From: a virus
Taxonomy: Duplodnaviria; Caudoviricetes
Direction: 5' to 3' (one strand)
IMG/VR virus record: IMGVR_UViG_3300047382_000135
Location: 1 to 26,333 of that record
DNA: 26,333 bases
The position numbers and the translations under genes were made by a program. Below are positions 16,701 through 25,300 of this stretch, in pieces. Positions within the stretch are counted from its first letter, which is position 1. Each line of letters starts with the position of its first letter. Under the pieces are notes generated by a model. That model searched no databases. It saw only the letters and a program-made list of their open reading frames with translations, and had not been told where the DNA came from.

Positions 16701-17669
16701 GTCAACAATTTTATTATATTCCCGAAATCCCTTGTAGCCATTTTCTTGAACCTGAAAGGTATTCTCGTTGCTAAAATTCGTCATTGTTGGATAGCTGTCT
16801 GTAGCAGACCGAATTTTATCCCAAAAAGCTGTCCATCTTTCTATAGAGTCAAAAACGCCTTGAATATCATCGTTGACATACTCGACATCGAAAAAGCCGT
16901 CTGCCATAACTTCCATTCTAAATTGTAAGGGACCATCGTTGATAATAAGATCGTAGGCGCCCAGTGTTAATGCATCACCAAATTGATTTACGATACGAAC
17001 ATCTTCTATTCGTAAAAAATTGTTTTTTGCAAATCTTCTACCATCGGGACCTTGAGCAGAGAACAGTCTATATAAATGTATTCCAAGTGCTATAAATCGC
17101 ATATAGCGTTTAAACTTTGCAGTAGGCTCACTTCTTTTTTCGAAAACTGTTCCGTAAGGAAAAGACCATTGACTAGGAAATGCTTTTAGGTATAATGCTT
17201 GTTGATCGGACCCCTCGTAAAACTTTACGTTTGATCTTCTACCAAAGACTGGGTGCTTTTTCGTATACCATTCTGGTGGATCATTTCTATGACTACTGTA
17301 GATATCAGAAGCATCCCAATTATCTATGTCTAAACCATAAGTCGCAACATCAGAAAATAAACTTAATTGCTCTTCTGCTCTAGCAACACCTAAAAGAGAA
17401 CTACTGACTTCAGAAACTTCTTTAAATTGCTCTACGATTGGAATGGCGCCGCCACCAACTTCTGCAGGTTGGCTGCCGTCATTGTTAACGTGAACCGATA
17501 ACGAATTTTGCGATAAAGTGAGGCTCGTTAAAGCCGCACTTTCTTCGGTTACAAGAGGGTTGCCCGCATCATCAAAGAGTAGCGTTCCCTCGATATCTAC
17601 CAGTTGCTGAAACTGCTTTGTGACTGGTGCCGGAGTTTTGTCCAGACCAATCTTTATCTTTCTGCTCAT
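13737..17669 (-). CDS. Large putative virion protein (1310 aa), paralogue of 17673..22325
   Basis: Shares ordered blocks with its neighbour: SLLGVARAE, SKRTFRYQPGR, VTMYKIEFSWYGAIGA..AYIPVGNG..RWV, YIDGGDEGTIRL and C-terminal VTSKEQ. Confidence 0.82.
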   Translation of the reverse strand: MSRKIKIGLDKTPAPVTKQFQQLVDIEGTLLFDDAGNPLVTEESAALTSLTLSQNSLSVHVNNDGSQPAEVGGGAIPIVEQFKEVSEVSSSLLGVARAEEQLSLFSDVATYGLDIDNWDASDIYSSHRNDPPEWYTKKHPVFGRRSNVKFYEGSDQQALYLKAFPSQWSFPYGTVFEKRSEPTAKFKRYMRFIALGIHLYRLFSAQGPDGRRFAKNNFLRIEDVRIVNQFGDALTLGAYDLIINDGPLQFRMEVMADGFFDVEYVNDDIQGVFDSIERWTAFWDKIRSATDSYPTMTNFSNENTFQVQENGYKGFREYNKIVDMIQTKEALPGKDTDENYTGDEYYGILQSKRTFRYQPGRASGFTFGSRMIAGGQGAIAEWGCSNDTDEYMFQLQGERLSLVRRSTIKMPDELLQRQGISPLKQTKSYMPGIKSEETREIWETIIERTDFTGDPLDGTGDTRYALSFEDVTMYKIEFSWYGAIGAKFYAYIPVGNGDCRWVLMHTFVIENGLGQPVLENPDFRFKYLLYTNFTEDIKQPIYLYKFGSSCYIDGGDEGTIRLNSESSPQKPFQSRTSMIGIMPKEVLKNSKGVPKLNFKKIYPSSLSVSSDTAAKLTFEEIAGTSQGVHFHYSPSIHMDGVHPKNRTVALSYRLDESDSSVANGVNMVSATNSRQLIQFDDYQGNPITPTALKFGVTATNGSDSITHPQSSTAGFGNNYKGLQVGDSLSIGGNEYVIKSFKNGSTVVYVSSSDTDGLVLETPFSGVTNSYEATLVYRFQPSDHMAHIIADGVYGSYVDTLENLGDLYGRGDDPDYSKPEYSIIPRTATNSEKVDESVFSYTQLAGTAPESFLARLNSYRTVVASKTPVYANKFKIHFLNPQIKDKGLDYDVSGNDSDLWYKHFGEFSVGVTPYLPTETGDATNRPANKVDDHEVLFKVGASSSYDCVEYDRTRFPSIEYSHATRDYDQNKKLEIKENDTLYGNRLQIDPRLDRRENRIQGSDRGIASTVSCEVTVNDYRYDSVTGPVIVDGRQVSVVKFSSDPSNSPPPAGVIEPGISEVGFQFVGRSLVYRSDLIEYAAEDQEVLNQGSDAEVRIVAAILIDYDPTFQSQIANMTPENRNIQSKTITITDDWKPFAVDSSGRRLFDDQRFTVSRAVSFNDAQPLYPVFALGDYAHVNGVVVEEILEQGVVRTHTPEFVIESSSLNPNVSIANSGGSNSLNSSSAFNDNADMASSRYDITNSNPLRPGVELYSCYVGENETVTVDLENIFSRDRKGITRGSLNNRAVYLTASSLDGSIGSMQLSVTSKEQ

Positions 17670-17672
17670 AGA

Positions 17673-20600
17673 TTACTGCTCTTCCCATGTCACACCCAAA
17701 CTTATTCCATCTCCGCTAGCCGCAATGTTAGTATCTGAATCAACGGCAAAGTATAGAGTATCTGCTATATCAGTAAGAGGAAACGACAGATATTCTTTGT
17801 TATAGTCAAAGTAAGTTGCTAGATCAAACTGCTCTGTTCCCGCCCTTAAATATGTAGTAGCAACATTAATTCCAGTATTTGGAATTGGTACTACTGGATT
17901 GGTTGCTATCTTAACAGAACTTAATCCTTCTTTTTCATAAGAAAACTTAGTGTCGCTCGATGTTGCTTCAACACCACTAGCTAAGAATTTTTTATCTGCT
18001 AAGAAACTTCCACCAGAAGCTAGAACAACGGCTCCCTCATAACTTTCTAAAAGTTCAAAATAATACTGATCAGTATCTTTATATAGTCTACCAAATACAG
18101 TCAAGAACTCAGCACTAATTCTCGCTCTGAACCAACCATAGGTTTCTTGACCATTAGCCAAATAGTTAGCACTTCCGGCTGTTACTGTTAGTGGAGTATT
18201 TGTATTATCCACTGTATACTCTGTATTTAATTCGAATGAACCAGTAGGAGTAACATCAGTCTGGAATAAAGGAGTTTTCTTAAATCTCAATCTCACTGGG
18301 TTGCTACCAATATTGGCAGAAGAAAGTTTAGTTGGATATACCTGAACTCTATTTCTAACTGCGTTTTGCTCACGAGTACTTAGAATAGTTTTCTTGGTTT
18401 CGATTCCGTAAATTGTTGTCGCTCTATCTGGAATAATTTTGATATCCGCCGCCGCACCTTGTATTTGACTAGAGAGATACAGTTTACTTCCATCAATCCA
18501 AACCACCTTAATGTTAGTGTCAGATAGGTTACCAGTTTTTATCGATGCTCCCATAAAGAACTCGGCATCTTGATAGGTAGAACCATCAACAGTTATATAG
18601 TACAGACTACTACCTGATCCAGTAAATGATTCTTGAGTGGTGGTGTTAACAGATGTTGATGGGAACTGCTTTCCAAGAGCATCAATAACAGAATCATTGT
18701 TATGAGAGTACAGACGAACAGTACCTCGGTCACCACCATCGATGTAGTATGAAGCACCATATTTAACAATGTGGTGTGAGGTTGAACCATAGCCCTGTTC
18801 AACTGCCACAGCAGGCACATCTTCCCCATCACCTAAACAATACGCTGATCCACCGCCATAAGTTGTGTATGTAATAGGCAATGTTGCGTTACCAAGAGAT
18901 GCAATCTTCAACTGATTCGATGCTCGTAAGTGATGTACTCTTACCCATCGTGCTTCACCGTTACCAACAGGAATGTATGCTAAGAACAATGCACCTACCG
19001 CACCATACCACGAGAACTCAACTTTAAGCATCGTTACTTTTGTAAAATCAAAATCATATTCACTGTTCTGGAACTCTGCGATACCTAATGTTTCGAAGAA
19101 ATTCTGACCTGGTCTGACAATAGTATTAGTGCCTGCTGAGTTCAAGCCAGTTACAATATCACTATAGACACGCTTTCTAGCACCAGGATTACCTGCACTC
19201 TTAGCGGCCGCATTTGATTTAATGCCATCAAGAGCATCATGACTGAATCTTGAGCGAGGAATACGATACTCGTAAACACCCCAGTATTCTGGCTTAACAT
19301 TATTCTTAACCCAGTTTACATATTCTGGATAGAAGTTTACGTTATCAATCTGTGATCTAATTCTATCAATATTAAGACCACCGTCAGAAGCATTTGGATC
19401 AAGAGAGGTATTAATGAATCCAACATAGTCGCCTACGTTTTGATTGATAGTACCTGTACCCATATTAGCATCAAGTAGATCGTCTGTCACGCTGTACATA
19501 TATGGGAACATGGCGCCAACTGGAGTAGCCCCAGTATTAAACTCTGTTCCGAAAGTTCTAAACTGTCTTTGATCGCCTTGATCTCCACTATCACTCGCAT
19601 CGTTAGTCAATGTAGCATAAGTGGTATCTATTTCTGATACATGAACAACATTTGCCAATGATCCTTGACCAGGATTAATTGTATCGAGATCATAATCTTT
19701 AGGGAAAATGAATGGTACAACTGTTTCAAAGAAGAATGTACCAGTACCCGAGGCATCATCTATATCAGCTTGTTCTATTGATACTAATTGATACTCATAG
19801 TTATTATCTTGATTGACTACCTTGTTTGCTTTTTGAAGCGTGAACTCGTTACCCTTAGGTCCTATAACTCTTCTTACTCTTAGAACTTCTCCGTTATATA
19901 TTTCTTCTGTAGTTGCGCCGTTGTCCACTATGGTAATACTAGGACTATCACCAGTCCAGTGTATCTTAACGTGCTGACCAAAAGTTACATTACCTTTAGT
20001 TAGCTTAAATACAGTACCTACTTGGTTTGCTACATTAGTAGTTTGTACGCCACCAGTTGCTACTGCTTTAATCTTCTCAGCATCTTTCAGTAAAGAGGGG
20101 TCATAGATAGCCGCATGAGTATGAATCAACCCATCTCTTAATACGACCAAGTTGCCTGGAAAAGGTTTAGAGCCATTTATAAGAGTATTGGTGTTTTCAT
20201 TATTAAAGTTTGTAACAATCAGCTCGGAAAGTTCATTAAACGATCCGCCGTCACCAGAACCACCATGAACTGATTCGTAGTTTGTCTGAACCCCGTTATC
20301 CGCACTATCGAATGCCTTGAGTTCTCTGGACATTAGAGTTTTTAGATATTCATGTCTCTTGATTTCGGAAAGAGTTGCTGTACCATCACCGTTGAAGTCT
20401 TCTTTTTGCGAATATACTGAAAGTCCAGTACCTCTCGTGAACATAGAAGCATTGTATGTGGTTTCAGCATTGCCACCACCTAGAATATCGTTTTTATAAC
20501 CATCAATTATGTAACCAACATCACGCTGACATTTATCTGCGATTAGTTGTTTTATTCTATCATCGCCTGCGGCACCTAGATTCCTAAACTGGAATAATTG

Positions 20601-22325
20601 AGTAGCAGAATCAGCACTACTAGTACCAAAGTTAGGCTGGGTGTAGACTATGTTTTCATAAATCTCTGCACTCGCACCAGTAACGCTTAAAGGTGAATTG
20701 TTACCGCTGAATACTCTACCCACATAAGGATCACTAATTGATAGAGAGTTCCAAGTGTTACTCATACTAGTACCGACACTTTTGATAGTATACTTTTTAT
20801 CACTAGAAAGAACCATGCCGTTTGCCAATGCAACAGGGGCTTTTTTAGTGGTTACGAAGTAAGACCAGAAGTTTCTTTTAACTTCAAAGAATGTTTCCAA
20901 CTTATCTTTAGTTCCGTAATCAATGGCATAAAAAGTAACGCCAGAGACTGCCGAAGGTACTGCTGTGGAATTAACATTAGCGGGTACAAAGGTATCTGAA
21001 TAATTTGAGGCAGAAGCATCATCAGAGTTACCAAATGAATTTGCGACTATTGTTTGCAAAGCAACCAATCTATCTTTTGCCGAAGTGCTTAGACCATCAG
21101 TAGTATGAATACTCGTGAAGTAATCTAATAATGCCTTATGGACAGGTGCTTCAAATATACTAATTTTTGGGAATACTCCAACATTATGCAAAGGGGTTTC
21201 CCATTCGTTTCCAACCTGCGAATCTGCCAAGGCAAAGTTTGTGGTATTCCATGCAGTGTGTGCATTACCACCAAACTCTAAATCTAGTAAGAAGTTATCT
21301 ATCCAGTAGTCTAGATCACGTTTACATTTTGCTTCCATCTTTGCGGCATCTAATAGGTTTGGATATCCAACAGACTGATTGAATGCTGTTGCCAAATCGG
21401 CATAATAAGATGTGTTAGTTGCTAGAATAGATGCACTAGTAGTACCAGAAGTCCAACCCTTTTTAATACCAGTCAATGTCTGTGGAGTACTTAACAAAGC
21501 ACTACAGTGTGCGGCATGATTTCCAACAACACCTGCTAGTACACTATCAACAATTTCAAATCTTTTTTCAGTAAGTATTTTTCTATCTGTTTCTAATACG
21601 CCTGTATAATCTTCTGACTCACTTTTACCATAACCAACAATTCTATAGTCATCTAACTGAGTGTTAGATAGCTTGGTCGGAGTAGCAGATGCTGTGTTGG
21701 ATTCACCTCTCAATTTAGTCTGCTGACTAATACCATATGGACTAACAGCACCATACTGTAATGACTGTGTTCTTCTTACCACAGAGAAGTTATCTTCCTT
21801 ACCACTGTTTCTAGTTTCCCAGTAGTAACCATCATACTTATCGTAAATGCCGTACTTACGAATAACTGGATTTTGAGCAAAGTCTGCAATAGACACAGAA
21901 CTCTTAATACCAAACGTAGCCGCAGATACACGACCAGGTTGATATCTGAAGAAACGCTTAGAGGTCAGTACTGCTGTTTTATTTCGAGATGCTTCCACAA
22001 GCGCACCGGCTTCAGTTGGAAGATGCGCTACACCATCGCCCGAAATATGATATGCAGGTTTCATTGACCACTCTGATGGGTTAACATCATAAGTGTTTAC
22101 ATCAGCGAAGATACCGAGTGCAATCTCTGCTCTGGGTATACCCAGAAGCGATAGAGCAACTTCAGACTGAATCTTATTCTGTTCGACAACAGGGATAGAA
22201 GTCTGGTCTGATGCCATTACGACAGGAATAGACTTAGATGCAGGTTGTGCGCCAGGAGAAACTGGAGTCGTTCTGCCTACATTTACTACTGCTGAATTTA
22301 TGTTAGAATTTGTTATACTTGACAT
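17673..22325 (-). CDS. Large putative virion protein (1550 aa) with RYQPGR/FSWYGA core and two phycobiliprotein-like helical repeats
   Basis: Core blocks SLLGIPRAE, SKRFFRYQPGR, VTMLKVEFSWYGAVGA..AYIPVGNG, YIDGGDRGTVRL, VTWEEQ; internal KCKRDLDYWID..GGN and KCQRDVGYIID..GGN; AGGA SD overlapping the upstream TAG. Confidence 0.82.
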   Translation of the reverse strand: MSSITNSNINSAVVNVGRTTPVSPGAQPASKSIPVVMASDQTSIPVVEQNKIQSEVALSLLGIPRAEIALGIFADVNTYDVNPSEWSMKPAYHISGDGVAHLPTEAGALVEASRNKTAVLTSKRFFRYQPGRVSAATFGIKSSVSIADFAQNPVIRKYGIYDKYDGYYWETRNSGKEDNFSVVRRTQSLQYGAVSPYGISQQTKLRGESNTASATPTKLSNTQLDDYRIVGYGKSESEDYTGVLETDRKILTEKRFEIVDSVLAGVVGNHAAHCSALLSTPQTLTGIKKGWTSGTTSASILATNTSYYADLATAFNQSVGYPNLLDAAKMEAKCKRDLDYWIDNFLLDLEFGGNAHTAWNTTNFALADSQVGNEWETPLHNVGVFPKISIFEAPVHKALLDYFTSIHTTDGLSTSAKDRLVALQTIVANSFGNSDDASASNYSDTFVPANVNSTAVPSAVSGVTFYAIDYGTKDKLETFFEVKRNFWSYFVTTKKAPVALANGMVLSSDKKYTIKSVGTSMSNTWNSLSISDPYVGRVFSGNNSPLSVTGASAEIYENIVYTQPNFGTSSADSATQLFQFRNLGAAGDDRIKQLIADKCQRDVGYIIDGYKNDILGGGNAETTYNASMFTRGTGLSVYSQKEDFNGDGTATLSEIKRHEYLKTLMSRELKAFDSADNGVQTNYESVHGGSGDGGSFNELSELIVTNFNNENTNTLINGSKPFPGNLVVLRDGLIHTHAAIYDPSLLKDAEKIKAVATGGVQTTNVANQVGTVFKLTKGNVTFGQHVKIHWTGDSPSITIVDNGATTEEIYNGEVLRVRRVIGPKGNEFTLQKANKVVNQDNNYEYQLVSIEQADIDDASGTGTFFFETVVPFIFPKDYDLDTINPGQGSLANVVHVSEIDTTYATLTNDASDSGDQGDQRQFRTFGTEFNTGATPVGAMFPYMYSVTDDLLDANMGTGTINQNVGDYVGFINTSLDPNASDGGLNIDRIRSQIDNVNFYPEYVNWVKNNVKPEYWGVYEYRIPRSRFSHDALDGIKSNAAAKSAGNPGARKRVYSDIVTGLNSAGTNTIVRPGQNFFETLGIAEFQNSEYDFDFTKVTMLKVEFSWYGAVGALFLAYIPVGNGEARWVRVHHLRASNQLKIASLGNATLPITYTTYGGGSAYCLGDGEDVPAVAVEQGYGSTSHHIVKYGASYYIDGGDRGTVRLYSHNNDSVIDALGKQFPSTSVNTTTQESFTGSGSSLYYITVDGSTYQDAEFFMGASIKTGNLSDTNIKVVWIDGSKLYLSSQIQGAAADIKIIPDRATTIYGIETKKTILSTREQNAVRNRVQVYPTKLSSANIGSNPVRLRFKKTPLFQTDVTPTGSFELNTEYTVDNTNTPLTVTAGSANYLANGQETYGWFRARISAEFLTVFGRLYKDTDQYYFELLESYEGAVVLASGGSFLADKKFLASGVEATSSDTKFSYEKEGLSSVKIATNPVVPIPNTGINVATTYLRAGTEQFDLATYFDYNKEYLSFPLTDIADTLYFAVDSDTNIAASGDGISLGVTWEEQ
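20469..21329 (-). repeat. Two diverged protein-level repeats, KCxRD[LV][DG]Y[WI]ID-x4-D[LI]xxGGNAxTxxN
   Basis: KCKRDLDYWIDNFLLDLEFGGNAHTAWN (core 21264-21329) and KCQRDVGYIIDGYKNDILGGGNAETTYN (core 20469-20534) align without gaps. Confidence 0.85.
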
Positions 22326-22334
22326 TTATTTTTC

Positions 22335-25300
22335 CTATTTAATAAGCCCTGATGCTAATACAAAATCATCCATTATATGTATATATCCATTTTCGGCGGT
22401 AGTTCCAGTTACTAATACACTTGAATCGATTGGACTGCCTGAATCAGCACCATAGTATCTGATTACACAAAGTGTTGTTGTTTGACCTAAGACTGGAGTC
22501 ATTTTCCACATGAACCCATTATATGGATTGAGTGTTACGTTACTACCTGTGACATATGGATTAAATGCTGTTCCTCTTTTAAACCTGACATGATCACCTT
22601 CTTGAACATGATCAATCTTGTCTATTAATACAGTGAAGTCAACAAAATACCTATTCGCATTCATTGGATCGTTGATTGCTTGCCCGTTTACATTATTACC
22701 GACATTCGGAATATTAGAGGCATCTGAATATTGAGCAGGAGTCTTTCCGTTGGCATCTAGTTGACCATGTTTAAAAGACCCATTATCGGTAGCAATACCA
22801 CCAATGAAACTGTCGCCCTGCTTTTCGCCCGCTATTGAATAATATCTATAACTAGCAGACCATTGAAGAGCAAAGTGCTTAGTCCCGAAGTTATGTATTC
22901 TACCTGCTGTAACATCAGAAAGAGACTGCTTTACATGACTCGCATACATATTTTTAAGTGCAGTTGAAGTATAGGCTCCAGTTGAGTCATCTGTAAGATC
23001 AGTATAAGTAGTATGATCTGTACCATCTTCTATTCTAAACTGGAATTCACCATTAGTTTTATCAGTACCACTAAGATCAGTAAATGCTAATGGAGACTTG
23101 CGAGTACCGCCATCTGTGGTGTAGCCTGTAAATTCTCTTGCATGAATCGCACCAGAAGTAGCTGAACCGAACGACTGAGAAGTTCCATTATATACAAACT
23201 TTGCGCCTATTTTATTTACACAGGCTCCCCACTCTGTCCAGTCAACATCTCCAACTTGAGATATTTCATACAATCTATCTGTTCTTAGATTCTGGTATGT
23301 AAATGCTGTATTGTTTGCATCAGTAATTCCAGGACCTATGCCCCTACCATATACATTATGATCTCCATCAGTATCAACATTAACTGCATCTACTCTATAA
23401 ATTAGTTCGCCAGGAGTATCTTCAATGTTGTCAGTAAGATTGCTGATAGAGTTTTGGGTTAAATCGAATACAGATGGAGTAGGACCTTCTTGATACACCA
23501 ATGGATCACTAGTGAACGGAGAACTTTTTACTATTGTCTGTCTAAGTAGATTAATTAAATCGAACTCGCTATTCAATATATCTGGCGTAGATAAAAACTC
23601 GTTTGCTGGGCCCATAAGAACATTCGGGCTACTAACGATAAATCTAGAGCCATAGATATCTAAACCAGTACCAACATTCTTAATAACATTATTCGCAAAA
23701 ACAGACTCTTTACTAACAGTTGCATCAACATTTGTAGTAAAGTTTTGTATTACATTTCCTGTTAGCATTGTGTTCTCACCAGAGTCTACGATCAATGGGA
23801 AGAAGTCGTGTCTATCTGTCAAACCACTATTAGAGATTTCGGAAAGACTCATTTTGAATCTTAGCGGAATACTTGCAAATATTCCATCACCAATAATGTT
23901 TTTAACCTTACAATTATTTACTGTAATGTCTGTGGATGTGTTACCAAAGTCAATGAATCTATTTCTAGATTCACCAAGATGGTATTGATTTAACGAGTTT
24001 CCGTCAAAATCTACACTATCCAGTGTAACATTTTTAGCATTATCACCAGGTATATCTATCACACTATTCGTAGCATTTATTCCGTCTGGATACCCACTCC
24101 AAGGCAGTTTAGTGACTTTCGTCATACCCAAAACACCGATTAGACCAAACTCAGATGGTAAATTAATCTTAGTGACATTATATGTTTTTGCATTAATACT
24201 TAGACTTTTAATTTTGTTGCTAATTTTTGTACTTATTCCAGTATTAATTTTGCTTGTATCATTATGAGCAATACTAACAGTGTGTCCAAATTGACCACCC
24301 ACGTTATTGACGAAAATTGGGTTATTTGGATTTAACACTATTGTAAAGAACTGTGTTGGGTCTGCCTCATTTACCTCAACACTTGTTATTTCAGCATCTA
24401 TCCAACCCCTGAATGTTTCATTTTGACCGGTCACCTCACCAACGTCAGATGGTGTTACTGGCAATTCGGCGGGGAAATGGATAGTCTTATCTACTGGATA
24501 TGTATTATCTGCTTCAATCTTATCAGACCATGCCGCATAGTCAAAAGTATAATAGTCTTTCCATAGAGGTAAGTCAATACCACTAACAACAGAAGCTAAC
24601 TTATATACACTTTCGTCAGCCTGAGTAGAAGTTTTTCTATACACTAAGACTCCCTCGGTATCACTAACAACGCCAGCAAGGTTGAAACTAATATAGTTAT
24701 CTCTACTGAATGATTCATAAATGTCATTCGCATCGGCATTACCATTAACACTTATGGTCGCTGTGTATGGCTCACTTCTAGGACCTACTTCGCCGGTAGT
24801 TAGATTAAACTTAGCAAGTACATATGTGAGAGTAACACCAATATCATCAGTCTCGCCAGTGTTGAAACCACCTAGATCACTTATTAAACTTGCCGATGTA
24901 ATTTTACTGGGTGAGTTTAATAACGAACTACTAGAACCACCATAAATTCTGATAACTTGACCCGGACTAAATGATGTTGAATCGGGCCCACCTTGAGCAG
25001 AACTAGGGACTTGTAAAACAGTACAATTCTGGTTTGGATATGTTCCGGCGAGATTTTCTTGTCGCCAAGTTGCGCTTACATTTGTTAAACTAGGAGAGGT
25101 GTTACCATCATCAAAGATGTCACTATATGTGTTAAACAAGTCTCTAAACTGATCTTGAAGTGCTAATTCTACAGATTCTGCACTAAAGTACAGATTTGTA
25201 CTACCCTCTCTAATATCATCTGTAGTAATTACGCCTTGATTTGGTGCGCCTGATTGATCTTGTGGGTTTCCGATACCAAGTTCTAAACCATTTGCGCTAC

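Larger units (their letters stand above)
1104..23288. repeat. Dispersed ~35-45-aa protein module, about 10 copies in six genes
   Basis: Copies at approx. 1104-1328 (gp15), 4780-4899 (+), 7645-7758, 8170-8625, 8113-8730, 9397-9498, 10534-10698, 10720-10983 (degenerate), 20703-20810 and 23190-23288. Consensus h-x-x-[GD]-x-x-Y-x-[IV]-x-x-x-G-(gap)-W-x-x-h-(gap)-[VI]G-x-x-F-x-A. Confidence 0.75.

Noticed and set aside
20210-21590. Calling the phage a cyanophage because of the phycobilin-like motif
   Set aside because: No photosynthesis or other host-diagnostic genes are in the window; the motif alone does not establish the host.
482-24945. The many 60-107-aa alternative-frame and antisense ORFs in the track
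   Set aside because: All lie essentially within long genes, mostly begin at TTG/GTG, and show the composition expected of antisense or shifted frames.
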